Source: Parcubacteria group bacterium (GTDB lineage: Bacteria; Patescibacteriota; Minisyncoccia; Phycocordibacterales; CSBR16-119). Taken from it: DNA of 64,000 nt. The first letter of the stretch is position 1. Each line of letters starts with the position of its first letter. The notes under the pieces were generated by a model. That model saw only the letters and a list, made by a program, of their open reading frames with translations. It searched no databases and was not told the origin of the DNA. The position numbers and the translations under genes were made by a program. Location of the stretch: assembly GCA_943356745.1 (NCBI GenBank), contig CALRFT010000001.1, positions 207,193 through 271,192 of the forward strand, given 5' to 3'. Positions 7,889-17,765 of this stretch are shown in pieces.

Positions 7889-9526
7889 TTCCCTATTCTT
7901 AATCGCTTGAATGAATGCTGAGAAGAGTGGATGTGGAGCAAGTGGTCTTGCAAGAAATTCTGGATGAAACTGAACCCCCAAAAAAAATGGATGTTTTTCA
8001 ACTGGAAGCTCTGCGATTTCCATCAAGTGTCCGTCAGGAGATTTTCCTGAGAAGACCAAACCTTTCTTTTCAAGTACTTCGATGTATTCTTCGTTTACCT
8101 CATATCGGTGACGATGTCTTTCCAAAACTGTTTTTGCTTTATATGATTTTTGCGCAATACTGCCCTCTTTCAAAACTGCTTCATATGAACCGAGTCGCAT
8201 TGATCCACCATAGTCACCACGGGCAAGCTTTTCTTTTTGATCAGGCATGATATGAATAACTAAATCTTTAGCTTTTGGATTGATTTCTTCTGTGTTTGCA
8301 TCTTTGAGTCCCAAAACATTTCGTGCATATTCAATCACAAGAAGTTGCATTCCGTAGCAAAGTCCAAAATATGGAATCTTGTTTTTACGTGCATATTCAA
8401 TCACATTTATTTTTCCTTGAATTCCTGTTTCTCCAAAACCTCCCGGGACCAAAATCCCTCCAAACTCTTTCAATTCTTTGAGGTTTTTTGTATCTTCAAA
8501 ATGTTTCGCGGAAAGCCAGACAAGATTTGCCTTCACACCAGCATGGGCAGCTGAGATTTTGAGAGCTTCGATTACAGAAATATATGAGTCAGAAAGCACG
8601 TAGTTTCCTGTTTCAAAATATTTTCCAATTACCGCGATTGAAATTTCTCCTTTTGGATTTTTAAATTTATTTACAAATCCCTTCCATTGATTCAAGTCTT
8701 TCTTTTTTGGCTTAAGGTTGAAGTGAGAAAGCATCCTGTTTCCAATTCCATCTTTTTCAAAGTTGATTGGAATATCATAGATACTTGAAACATCGGGCGC
8801 AGAGATAATATTTTCAGGTAAAACCCCACACATTGTTGCGAGTTTTTCTTTTCGTTTTTTGTCTACCGGATCAACAGAACGTGCAATGATAATATCTGGA
8901 TTGATTCCATACCCATTGAGCTGACGCACTGCATTTTGTGTTGGCTTTGTTTTCATTTCTCCAATAGTTGATGGGATTGGAAGATATGACACCATAGCAA
9001 ACATAACATCGTTTCGATTTTTTAAACGAAGCTGTCTTGCTGCCTCAAGGAAAATTGCGTTTTGATATTCTCCAATTGTTCCTCCAATTTCAACGACAAT
9101 AATATCTGAATCACCTTTTTTTGATACCTCTTTGAGTCGTCGCAAAATTTCTTCTGTAATGTGATATGTTGGTTCAACACAAGCTCCCTTGTATGCAAGT
9201 GCTCGCTCTTTGTCGATGACATATTTAAAAATCATTCCATTTGTCATGTAGTTTTCGCGTGGAAGTGATTTGTTGAGAAACCGTTCATAGTTTCCCATGT
9301 CTTGATCTGTTTCAAGACCTGACTCCATAACAAAAACCTCACCGTGTTCGGTGGGGTTCATGGTACCCGCATCTACGTTTAGATACGGGTCAGCTTTAAC
9401 GAGACTCACATTGAATCCCTTTGATTGAAGAATTGTTCCAATAGATGCGGTAGTGACACCCTTTCCAACGCCAGACATTACTCCGCCAACAACGAAAATA
9501 TATTTAGGTGTTTGTTTTTTTGCCAT
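7886..9526 (-). CDS. pyrG: CTP synthase
   Basis: 546 aa; N-terminal KYIFVVGGVMSGVGKGVTTASIG synthetase domain and C-terminal class-I glutamine amidotransferase domain (GLCYGMQ, H..E). Confidence 0.92.
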   Translation of the reverse strand: MAKKQTPKYIFVVGGVMSGVGKGVTTASIGTILQSKGFNVSLVKADPYLNVDAGTMNPTEHGEVFVMESGLETDQDMGNYERFLNKSLPRENYMTNGMIFKYVIDKERALAYKGACVEPTYHITEEILRRLKEVSKKGDSDIIVVEIGGTIGEYQNAIFLEAARQLRLKNRNDVMFAMVSYLPIPSTIGEMKTKPTQNAVRQLNGYGINPDIIIARSVDPVDKKRKEKLATMCGVLPENIISAPDVSSIYDIPINFEKDGIGNRMLSHFNLKPKKKDLNQWKGFVNKFKNPKGEISIAVIGKYFETGNYVLSDSYISVIEALKISAAHAGVKANLVWLSAKHFEDTKNLKELKEFGGILVPGGFGETGIQGKINVIEYARKNKIPYFGLCYGMQLLVIEYARNVLGLKDANTEEINPKAKDLVIHIMPDQKEKLARGDYGGSMRLGSYEAVLKEGSIAQKSYKAKTVLERHRHRYEVNEEYIEVLEKKGLVFSGKSPDGHLMEIAELPVEKHPFFLGVQFHPEFLARPLAPHPLFSAFIQAIKNRE

Positions 9527-9535
9527 AGATGAAAA

Positions 9536-10459
9536 TTAGTGATTGAGATACCGACGTACAGCGATTGCACTTGAAACAGTACCAAGGATAATACCAACAA
9601 TAAGTAGAATAATGAAAAACTGAAAGAAGTTTGAAAGATAATATGTATGAAGATTAATACCAAGGAACATAGACATCTTTTCTCCAAGCCAAAGCGTGAT
9701 TGGGAAAAATAAAACCATGGTCACCACAGAAGAAACAAGTCCATACAAAACTCCCTCTATAATAAATGGTCCTCGTACATACTTTGTACCCGCACCAACT
9801 AGTCGCATCACACCAATTTCCTGCCTCGCTGAGTAGATAGTGAGTCTAATAGTGTTAAGAGTGATTACTACAGAAATTGTTCCAAGAATAATCAGAAGAA
9901 CCGTTCCAAGTGTTTGAGCTCCAGTTGTGATTGCAACCAAACGATTAATCACTTGCTCATTTTGGTAGTAGTTGATTTTGTTGATTACCTGAAGAGAACT
10001 TTGTGAAAGCGCACCTTGGTCTCCAAGAGTTTCTGCGATAATTCCATAATCTTCTGGATTTTTTGCCTTAATGTTAAGCATCGCCCCAAGTGGATTTCCA
10101 CCGAGCTCATCAAGCGCTTGAAGTGTTAGTTCATCATCTTGGTGTCTTTCTCGGAAATTAATCAATGCCTCCGTTGCTGAAACATACTCACTACTTGCAA
10201 CTTCTGGTATAGCATCAACCTCTTGTTTTAAATCGAGAATAACATTTTCGTTTGCTCCAAGATCAAAAAATACTGTGATATCGACTTTGTTTTCAAGAGT
10301 TTCAACTGTTGTTGTCAGTACCGCTCGTGACAAAAGAAGAAGTCCGGCAACAGAAAGAGTTACAACCATAATAAGTATCGACGAAAGCGACACAAAAGAA
10401 TTTCGAGTAAAGTTTTGAAATCCTGATTTTATTATTCTTTTTAAATCTATAAATGTCAT
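9536..10459 (-). CDS. ftsX: Cell-division ABC transporter permease FtsX
   Basis: 307 aa; N-terminal TM helix, large extracytoplasmic loop, C-terminal three-TM FtsX domain; immediately downstream of ftsE. Confidence 0.85.
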   Translation of the reverse strand: MTFIDLKRIIKSGFQNFTRNSFVSLSSILIMVVTLSVAGLLLLSRAVLTTTVETLENKVDITVFFDLGANENVILDLKQEVDAIPEVASSEYVSATEALINFRERHQDDELTLQALDELGGNPLGAMLNIKAKNPEDYGIIAETLGDQGALSQSSLQVINKINYYQNEQVINRLVAITTGAQTLGTVLLIILGTISVVITLNTIRLTIYSARQEIGVMRLVGAGTKYVRGPFIIEGVLYGLVSSVVTMVLFFPITLWLGEKMSMFLGINLHTYYLSNFFQFFIILLIVGIILGTVSSAIAVRRYLNH

Positions 10460-10460
10460 G

Positions 10461-11153
10461 TTATTTTTTTGAAATTATATATGAACCATGCGGATCATCG
10501 CGAACAATCGAACCTTTCTCGAGAGTAATTACTCGTTTTTTAAGCGCATCAACAACTCCTGTATTGTGAGTTGTGAGAATCACAGTTGTTCCGAGTTTGT
10601 TTATTTTTTTCAAAATATCAACAACTTCATAGGTGCTTGCTGGATCGAGATTTCCTGTTGGTTCGTCTGCAACGAGAAGTTTTGGATCGTTGATGATTGC
10701 TCGAGCAATTGCAAGTCTTTGCTTTTCCCCTCCAGAAAGTTGATGAGGGAAATTGTTTGCCTTATCAACCAAATCCACAAGTTCAAGTACGTACGGAACA
10801 TCTTCGGCAATAATTTCATCTGGTTTTCCAGCAACTTCCATAGCAAAAGCAACGTTTTCAAAAACGGTTTTATTTGAAAGTAATCTAAAATCTTGGAACA
10901 CTACACCAATATTTTGTCGGTATAGGTTCATTTCTTTATGAGAAAAATCATTAATATCTTCTCCTTTATATAAAATACTTCCCTCTGACGGTCGGTCTTC
11001 TCGTAAAAGCATTTTCACAAGAGTTGATTTACCTGCCCCAGAATGACCAATAAAAGAAACGAATTCTCCTTCTTCGATAGTAATATCAACATTATGAAGC
11101 GCCTCGACATCAGTATCGGGATATACTTTTGAAACATTCACAAATTGAATCAT
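10461..11153 (-). CDS. ftsE: Cell-division ABC transporter ATP-binding protein FtsE
   Basis: 230 aa; Walker A GHSGAGKST, signature LSGGEKQR, Walker B LLVADEPTGNLD. Confidence 0.9.
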   Translation of the reverse strand: MIQFVNVSKVYPDTDVEALHNVDITIEEGEFVSFIGHSGAGKSTLVKMLLREDRPSEGSILYKGEDINDFSHKEMNLYRQNIGVVFQDFRLLSNKTVFENVAFAMEVAGKPDEIIAEDVPYVLELVDLVDKANNFPHQLSGGEKQRLAIARAIINDPKLLVADEPTGNLDPASTYEVVDILKKINKLGTTVILTTHNTGVVDALKKRVITLEKGSIVRDDPHGSYIISKK

Positions 11154-11200
11154 ATGTATAGTATTATACCCTATTTTAAAAAAACAAAATTATAAAACCA

Positions 11201-14200
11201 TTATCTTTTGATTGCGTCCACTAGGCCAGCATATTCTTTTGCCTCTTCATTAACCGGTTCGTCCCAAAACGCAAGGTTTTTTATATCAGAAACCACTTTT
11301 CGTATTGTATTCTCAAGCTCTTCAACCTCTTCATCCGATATTTCAAATTCATATCGCTTGAGAACACCCTTATCATTTGCCTCAACAAATTCCAAAACTG
11401 CGCTTTCCATATGTTTTCTTCCTTTTTGATGGTACTTTAAAAGAAGTTTGTAAAATACCAATTGTCTGTAATAGTCTCCAGATCCATTTTTTGTTGTTCC
11501 TCGAATTTCTCCTTCTGTTTTTGGTTTTCCTGTTTTGTAATCAACCACAACAACCCGAGTGCGTGATGAATCAACAAACTCAATCTTGTCGAGTACTCCT
11601 GTAAGATATGGTAATTCTTCCTCATTATCTTCAGCAATCGAAACAGCGTTGATTCGAAATTCTGTTTGAGTGTAGAGATTCCAAGTTCCTTGGTATTCCT
11701 GATACCACACAGTCAAAACATGTTCTCCTTTTTTCAAAAGATCTTCAAAATCTTTTTCTGCATAATCCTGATCTTCAAGAGATTTTCGAAAAGCACCAAG
11801 AAGGAAATCGAGACTTTCATATTTTTCACCTCGCGCATTATTAAAGAAAATTTGAAGCGCTCCATGAACTGCATTACCAAAGACAAGTGATTTACTCATC
11901 GCACTTGGAATACGAAGAAGATTTCTAAAGAAGAAAAGCCATGGTGATTTTAAGTAGTTATTGAGCGCAGAAACAGACAAATCTTGTGAAAGTAATTTTT
12001 CTTTCACAAATGCTTTCATCTGCTCTTTGTATTCATCTTCAGAAAGTGAGGCTTTTATTTTTGGTTCAAAAAGTATGAGTTGTTTTTCTGGCCACGCATG
12101 GACAAAACTCTCTGTTTCTTCAAATGAAATAAGCTCTTGTTTTATTTCTCCGATAAATTGACTCGGAAGTATTTCTTTTCCATCTTCTCTTTGAAGGGTG
12201 TATGAAAGAGTGACATGTTTTCTTGCTCGCGTAAGCGCAACATAAAACACTCTTCGTTCCTCCATGAGATCACCAGAAACTTCCTGAAGACCTTCCATCT
12301 CAACAGTTTCGAACAATGTATATACTTCTGGGATAAGTGGCAGCAGTTCCCTTTTTGATTGATTACCCCATACGCCATCATTCACACCGATAATAAATAC
12401 GTAATCAAACTCAAGACCCTTTGATCGATGTGCTGTCATAAGACGAACCATCCCTTCTTTAATTCTTCCTGCCTTCTTTTTAATTGAAATATTATGTTCT
12501 TTGAGACGAGTAATATATTTTAAGAAATCAAAAAGTTTTGCTTTTTCATTAGTAAGAATAAAGGAACGGGCTTCGTCGAACAAAATTCCAAGTGTTTCAA
12601 TTTTTGTTGTACCATTTGGACTCGCAAGAAGATATTGCAAATATCCAGATTCCCGCATGATATGTTCAAGAGCTTCAATCAAATTTTCATTTTCAGCAAA
12701 TTTCTTCCATGTCAAAATATTATTTCCAAGTTCAAAAAATGGACTATATTCTTTTTCAGAAAAGCCTTCACTACTCAAAGATTTTTCGTCACTCATGAGT
12801 TCAATCAAAAGCTTTTTTCTTTTTTGTGAAGCAGCGCGCACTAGTCTTGCAGATATAAGAGTATTCAAAGAAAACACATTACTAAAAAGAATTTTTACCA
12901 GAGTTTCGTTTTGGTCTACATATTGAATAGCTTCCAGAATCTCAAGGAATTGAATAATATCTTTGTCTTCGAAAAGATTTTGGTCTGATTCAATCACAGA
13001 TGAGATTTTCTTTTTTGTCAGAATATCAACCACAGGAAAAGCGTGGTAATTGTTTCGATACAATACCGCAATCTCATGAGCCGGAACACCTTCTGAAATA
13101 AGAGACTGGATTTTTTCCGAAAGCCAGACAAGTTCTTGTGATGAATTTTCAAGTGTTGCAACAGAAATAGGTTTTGCTTCAAACTTAGTATTTGCTTGAA
13201 GTAAAGACTCTCCCGGAAGAAGTGAATGTGCACTATCAAGAATAGTCTGAGTTGAACGATAGTTTTGCTTGAGAGTAATGAGCTCTGCCTTTGGATATAA
13301 ATGTTTGAAATAGAAAAAGTTTTCAATACTTGCACCCTGAAAACGATAGATTGATTGTTTTTCATCTCCTACAACAAACAGATTTGGATTGTTATGGAAA
13401 TTTGCAAGAAGTTCAAGGATTTTATTTTGAGCATTGTTTGTATCTTGATGTTCGTCCACCAAAATGTATTGATGTTTTTCTTGGAGTCTGAGAAGCAAGT
13501 CTTGATTTGTTCTCAGAGCATGAAGAACTTCAACAATCATGTCATTGAAGTCATACATTTTTCTTGCCGCTAGTTCTTCTTGATACACCTGATACACATG
13601 AGCGAGTTCTCTATTTTTCTGAATCTTTTTTTCTTGATCGGCATATGCACTTTTCATTTTTCCTGTATACTTTCCTTTTGTATGAAATTTCTCATCATCC
13701 TGATCAAAACGAATTTGTTCTTTTTCTACTAGTTTCTTAAATTCATATGGAGTTACACCTTCACGTTTCAAGTCAGAAATTTTTTGAAGAATCGTACGAA
13801 CATAGTAAAAAGAATCACCAAAAGGCTTCAGATTTTTCAGTTCTGTTTGAGTGATGATATCTTCAATAATTGCTATTTGGTCAACGTCGGTAATTGCTCT
13901 CGCTCCAATAATTCGAGGGAATTCTTCTGGATTATTTTGAATGACATCATTTGAAAATGAGTGAAATGTATAGATTCCAACCCGATATGCGGAAGATCCA
14001 ATCATCTCAACCAATCGTTTTCTCATTGCATGGACACCTGATTCAGTAAAAGTGAGCGCAAGAATATTTTCCGGCTCTGTATCTGTTTTATCGATAATAT
14101 TTGCAATTCGAAGAGTCAAAATTTGAGTCTTTCCTGTCCCAGGACCAGCAACCACCATCACAGGACCGTCAATGGCGTCTACAGCTCTTTTTTGCTCTGT

Positions 14201-14284
14201 ATTAAGCATCTCATAACGTTCTTGAAACTTTGTTTTCATGAGGCTATTGTACCCCAAATTGAGCTTGTGGATATCTCTTGACAT
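11201..14284 (-). CDS. UvrD/PcrA-type SF1 DNA helicase fused to a C-terminal PD-(D/E)xK (RecB-family) nuclease domain (AddA-like, single protein)
   Basis: 1027 aa; Walker A AGPGTGKT, helicase motifs (VDEHQDTN, YRST), C-terminal nuclease motifs VVVVDYKTGKPK and QLVFYKLLL. Confidence 0.85.
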   Translation of the reverse strand: MSRDIHKLNLGYNSLMKTKFQERYEMLNTEQKRAVDAIDGPVMVVAGPGTGKTQILTLRIANIIDKTDTEPENILALTFTESGVHAMRKRLVEMIGSSAYRVGIYTFHSFSNDVIQNNPEEFPRIIGARAITDVDQIAIIEDIITQTELKNLKPFGDSFYYVRTILQKISDLKREGVTPYEFKKLVEKEQIRFDQDDEKFHTKGKYTGKMKSAYADQEKKIQKNRELAHVYQVYQEELAARKMYDFNDMIVEVLHALRTNQDLLLRLQEKHQYILVDEHQDTNNAQNKILELLANFHNNPNLFVVGDEKQSIYRFQGASIENFFYFKHLYPKAELITLKQNYRSTQTILDSAHSLLPGESLLQANTKFEAKPISVATLENSSQELVWLSEKIQSLISEGVPAHEIAVLYRNNYHAFPVVDILTKKKISSVIESDQNLFEDKDIIQFLEILEAIQYVDQNETLVKILFSNVFSLNTLISARLVRAASQKRKKLLIELMSDEKSLSSEGFSEKEYSPFFELGNNILTWKKFAENENLIEALEHIMRESGYLQYLLASPNGTTKIETLGILFDEARSFILTNEKAKLFDFLKYITRLKEHNISIKKKAGRIKEGMVRLMTAHRSKGLEFDYVFIIGVNDGVWGNQSKRELLPLIPEVYTLFETVEMEGLQEVSGDLMEERRVFYVALTRARKHVTLSYTLQREDGKEILPSQFIGEIKQELISFEETESFVHAWPEKQLILFEPKIKASLSEDEYKEQMKAFVKEKLLSQDLSVSALNNYLKSPWLFFFRNLLRIPSAMSKSLVFGNAVHGALQIFFNNARGEKYESLDFLLGAFRKSLEDQDYAEKDFEDLLKKGEHVLTVWYQEYQGTWNLYTQTEFRINAVSIAEDNEEELPYLTGVLDKIEFVDSSRTRVVVVDYKTGKPKTEGEIRGTTKNGSGDYYRQLVFYKLLLKYHQKGRKHMESAVLEFVEANDKGVLKRYEFEISDEEVEELENTIRKVVSDIKNLAFWDEPVNEEAKEYAGLVDAIKR

Positions 14285-14383
14285 AAATATAAATATAGGT
14301 ATTATATAGTCTCGTGTGGCAATAGTGCCTCATAAAACAAAACCCGTTCTTTTTAAAAAACCCAAAAAAACAAGGAGAAATTT

Positions 14384-14608
14384 ATGTCAGTAGAAGATTG
14401 TAAAGAAATTGAGGAAATTCTATGGAGTGACCAAACAAAAGATTTTAAGGAAGTTTCTGATGTTTTAAGAGAAAGAAATATTTGTGCATTTACTGTTATG
14501 CAACATCCCTTTTTCCATACAACAGAGAAACTTAAGCATCGAACTCTTGAAGTGATGCCGAAAATTTTCGTATTGAGTCAATGTGAAAAACTCAAAGAAA
14601 CTGCCTAG
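14384..14608 (+). CDS. Hypothetical small protein
   Basis: 74-aa ORF preceded by AAGGAGA with 6-nt spacing to ATG (one of the few clear SD sites here). Confidence 0.4.
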   Translation: MSVEDCKEIEEILWSDQTKDFKEVSDVLRERNICAFTVMQHPFFHTTEKLKHRTLEVMPKIFVLSQCEKLKETA

Positions 14609-14695
14609 CCCTGCCACCCTAACAAAAGACTAAGTTACTGCGGGCAGATTCTATTTTTCCTTAACCAAAAAAGTCAAAACCCGCATGGGTAGAGA

Positions 14696-14730
14696 CAAAA
14701 AGCGCCGATCAATGATATCGGCGCTTTTTT
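14696..14730. terminator. Bidirectional terminator (AGCGCCGAT-caatg-ATCGGCGCT + T6)
   Basis: 9-bp perfect GC-rich stem with flanking A and T runs; downstream of the M3 peptidase stop (minus). Confidence 0.75.
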
Positions 14731-16237
14731 ATTTTTGTGTTTTAAACCAATTATTATATTTCTTTTCCATCAACTCAAAACCTTTTTTATTGTCTGCAAT
14801 TTTAGTTTTTCCATGGACAAGATTAATCACAGCACCAATCTCATAAGTATTTTTTTGTTTAACCTTATCGAGTGTTTTTATTCTATTTTTCGCTGATTGA
14901 ATATATTTCTTTTTAGGAGCAATCATACTTTGCAAAAAATATTGTGGTGAAAGTTTTTTACCTGTTGCCATTTGTACAAATTCAGGAAATGTTTTTGACA
15001 TACCAAGCTTCCAAACTTTTAACATTTCTTTTCCAACATTTGGATTATCTACTATATATCCATATTTTTTAAAAAAGTATGATCTCCACTGTGCAACAGC
15101 CAAGAGAGCCAACCCGTATCCATGATATGAGCAAGTGCTTGACCATGAATAAATATGAGGAACAGTAAGAAGACCAAGAGAATTTATAGGAAATGCAGAA
15201 AATTTATTTTTTGTTTTTCGTGCAATTGAGATAACTTTTGCTTTAGTAAGATTTTTTGTTTCAAAAATTTCTTTTTCAAAATTCATAACCGCAATTATAC
15301 CCATCATTTCAAGCGGTTTGAAAACATGGAGTTTTTCTAGTTTTCTTTCAAACAAACTAAAAGGGTATGAATTTCCTTCAGAATCTTTTGCATATCTATG
15401 TCTCCATTCAATACTTGAGAATATGGTATCCATAAACATACTTTGTGTTTCAGCCCAAGCTGTTGAAGCAGGTGGATACTCATTATTAACACAAACATCT
15501 TGCATGTCTGAATTTAAAAAATGAGCTGCGTGTCCACCTTCATGAAATAATGTATGAATACCCTCTTCACCAGAACCAAGCGCTCCTGGTATTGTATTAC
15601 ATGTAAGTCCTGATCTTCCCGGTATTCTTTTTCCATTTTCAAAATGAATCAATTCTGGCCAATGACAGAAGCCGTTTGAATGCTTTCCTTTTCTATCAAG
15701 AAGATCGAGGGTGATAGTGGAACCCCGGAAATCAATTCCTAAATTAGCAAAAGATTTTGTCCATACATCAAGAGCTGTTTCAAATTGGAAATAAGGATCT
15801 TCTTCTTTTTCAAAATCAGAAGATATCATATAGCTAAAATTCCACGGCTGTTTTAATTTAGGGTTTGATACAGCCAATTCTCTGATATTTTCAAATCCAA
15901 ATTTACCCTTTTCATACAAATCATCAAAAATCTTAAACAATTCTTTTTTTGTCATTCCCTCCTCAGTGAAAACTTTATATGCATAAAAATCTTCAAATCC
16001 AAGTTTATGAGCAAATGTATTTAAAAGTTTTACATATTCAACATAGTCATCAAGAAATGCTGGGGCTGATTTTTGGATTCCTTCATAGGCAGCCTTTCTT
16101 ATAGATTCATTATCATCTGTAGAAATTAACGAATAGAGTTTAAGCTTAGAGGCAGGAACAAAATCTTTTGTTTTTGGATCAGTATAACCATATTCAAAAT
16201 CACCCTGAGCAGTTTTAATACGCGTTTCAATATCCAT
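14729..16237 (-). CDS. M3-family oligoendopeptidase (PepF-like), main body; HEGGHAAH zinc motif
   Basis: 502 aa with HExGHxxH motif (LFHEGGHAAHF); continues in-frame upstream across a TAG at 16337-16339 into the 16337..16558 ORF. Confidence 0.75.
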   Translation of the reverse strand: MDIETRIKTAQGDFEYGYTDPKTKDFVPASKLKLYSLISTDDNESIRKAAYEGIQKSAPAFLDDYVEYVKLLNTFAHKLGFEDFYAYKVFTEEGMTKKELFKIFDDLYEKGKFGFENIRELAVSNPKLKQPWNFSYMISSDFEKEEDPYFQFETALDVWTKSFANLGIDFRGSTITLDLLDRKGKHSNGFCHWPELIHFENGKRIPGRSGLTCNTIPGALGSGEEGIHTLFHEGGHAAHFLNSDMQDVCVNNEYPPASTAWAETQSMFMDTIFSSIEWRHRYAKDSEGNSYPFSLFERKLEKLHVFKPLEMMGIIAVMNFEKEIFETKNLTKAKVISIARKTKNKFSAFPINSLGLLTVPHIYSWSSTCSYHGYGLALLAVAQWRSYFFKKYGYIVDNPNVGKEMLKVWKLGMSKTFPEFVQMATGKKLSPQYFLQSMIAPKKKYIQSAKNRIKTLDKVKQKNTYEIGAVINLVHGKTKIADNKKGFELMEKKYNNWFKTQK

Positions 16238-16336
16238 AATTTTCTCATGGAGAGCAAGTAATTCTTCGGGTATCTGCCAAACAGAGAAAAACTTATACCA
16301 ATATCCAAGCCTTTCTTTTTCTTTTCCAGTTGCCGC

Positions 16337-16558
16337 CTAAAAAAAAACGTTTGTCTGCTCTGCCAATGCTCGGTTTGATCTAAATTCATTTAATTTTGAT
16401 TTTGCCTTCTTGAATTTATCATCAATAGAATTATCTCCCATATAAGAGACCCAGAATAAATCTTCATATGTTTTATGAATTTTTAAATATTCTGAGTTTA
16501 GTTTATCAAGAAAATCTACTATATCTTTTTTGTTTATTTTTACAGTTTTATCCTTCAT
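16337..16558 (-). pseudogene. N-terminal segment of the same M3 oligoendopeptidase, separated from the main ORF by an in-frame TAG (possible pseudogene, error or readthrough)
   Basis: Hand translation: ...AEQTNVFF-TAG-AATGKEKERLGYWYKFFSVWQIPEELLALHEKIMDIE... stays in one frame; combined length ~609 aa as expected for PepF. Confidence 0.55.
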
Positions 16559-17141
16559 ACAATTCAGTTACCTTATTCCAATTAACAATATTCCAAAAAT
16601 TTTCAATATATTCTGCTCGTCTATTTTGATATTTGAGATAGTATGCATGCTCCCAAACATCGAGCGCCAGAATTGGTGTTCCACCTTCAATTCCTGGCAT
16701 GAGTGGATTGTCTTGATTCCCTGTCGTAACAATCTCAAGACTTCCATCTTCTTTTTTACACAGCCAAGCCCAGCCAGATCCAAAACGGGAAAGTGCAGCT
16801 TTTGTAAAAGATTCTTTCAAGTTTTCTATAGAACCAAATGATTGGATAATTACATTTTCAAAAGGTTGAGATATTGAAGTTTTATCTCCAGAAAGAAGTT
16901 CCCAGAAAAGTTTGTGATTATAATATCCACCAGCATTATTTCTAAGTGGCATATTATTCATATCAATCTCGGAAAGAATTTGTTCGATTGACATATTACT
17001 CACATCAACACCCTCGAGTGCTTTATTGAGATTATCTGTGTAAGCTTGATGATGTTTTGTATGGTGAATCTCCATTGTTTTTGCATCAAAATATGGCTCG
17101 AGTGAATCATAAGAATATAGAATTTTTGGTAGTTCAAACAT
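16548..17141 (-). CDS. sodA: Fe/Mn superoxide dismutase
   Basis: 197 aa; N-terminal LPKLxYxYDSLEPYFDAKTMEIHHTKHHQAY and C-terminal DVWEHAYYLKYQNRRAEY are SOD signatures. Confidence 0.9.
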   Translation of the reverse strand: MFELPKILYSYDSLEPYFDAKTMEIHHTKHHQAYTDNLNKALEGVDVSNMSIEQILSEIDMNNMPLRNNAGGYYNHKLFWELLSGDKTSISQPFENVIIQSFGSIENLKESFTKAALSRFGSGWAWLCKKEDGSLEIVTTGNQDNPLMPGIEGGTPILALDVWEHAYYLKYQNRRAEYIENFWNIVNWNKVTELYEG

Positions 17142-17185
17142 AGAATATATAAGTTTTTATGAATAAATATATGGAGATTATAGCA

Positions 17186-17218
17186 CAAGAGGCGCCCTTC
17201 GGGCGCCTCTTTATTTTC
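17186..17218. terminator. GC-rich hairpin (AGAGGCGCCC-ttc-GGGCGCCTCT) with T-rich tail; terminator-like element between sodA and mscL
   Basis: 10-bp stem seen in sequence; orientation ambiguous. Confidence 0.5.
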
Positions 17219-17219
17219 C

Positions 17220-17636
17220 TTACTTTTTAAGCAAGTCTCGAATTTCCACAAGGAGTTCTACCTGTGTTGGGTGTTTTTCCTCTTTTGGTTTTTCTTCTTC
17301 TTTTCGTTTCAGTCTGTTCATTCCTTTGATAACCATAAAGATAACAAAGGCAACGATAGCAAAATCAATTACTGTATTGATAAATAATCCATAATTGAGA
17401 GAAACAGCAGCTGTTACAATCTCGCCTGTTTCGCTCAACACTTCCGGCTGAAGAACAATTGCAAGACTTGAAAAATCAACTCCACCAACAAGAAGTCCAA
17501 CAGCTGGCATAATAACGTCGTTCACCAGAGAGGTTACAATTTTACCAAACGCACCTCCAATGATAACTCCGATTGCGAGATCCATTACATTACCTTTTAC
17601 CGCAAACTCTTTAAATTCTTTTAAAATTCTATTCAT
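17220..17636 (-). CDS. mscL: Large-conductance mechanosensitive channel
   Basis: 138 aa; [27 protein letters not shown] is the canonical MscL N-terminus. Confidence 0.9.
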   Translation of the reverse strand: MNRILKEFKEFAVKGNVMDLAIGVIIGGAFGKIVTSLVNDVIMPAVGLLVGGVDFSSLAIVLQPEVLSETGEIVTAAVSLNYGLFINTVIDFAIVAFVIFMVIKGMNRLKRKEEEKPKEEKHPTQVELLVEIRDLLKK

Positions 17637-17765
17637 ATATCACATGTAGTATTTAACCTATAATATTCTTATTATAGAGAAACCATTCTTGAAGGTCTAG
17701 AGTGTTTGCTTATTAACCCTTATTTTATTGCTGATTTCATAAAAAGGAATATACTTATTCCTATT

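Noticed and set aside
14609-14700. Possible riboswitch or structured RNA between the 14384 gene and the terminator (GCCCTGCCACC...GCGGGCAG)
   Set aside because: There is only a short imperfect stem downstream of a gene, not in a 5' UTR, and no recognisable riboswitch consensus.
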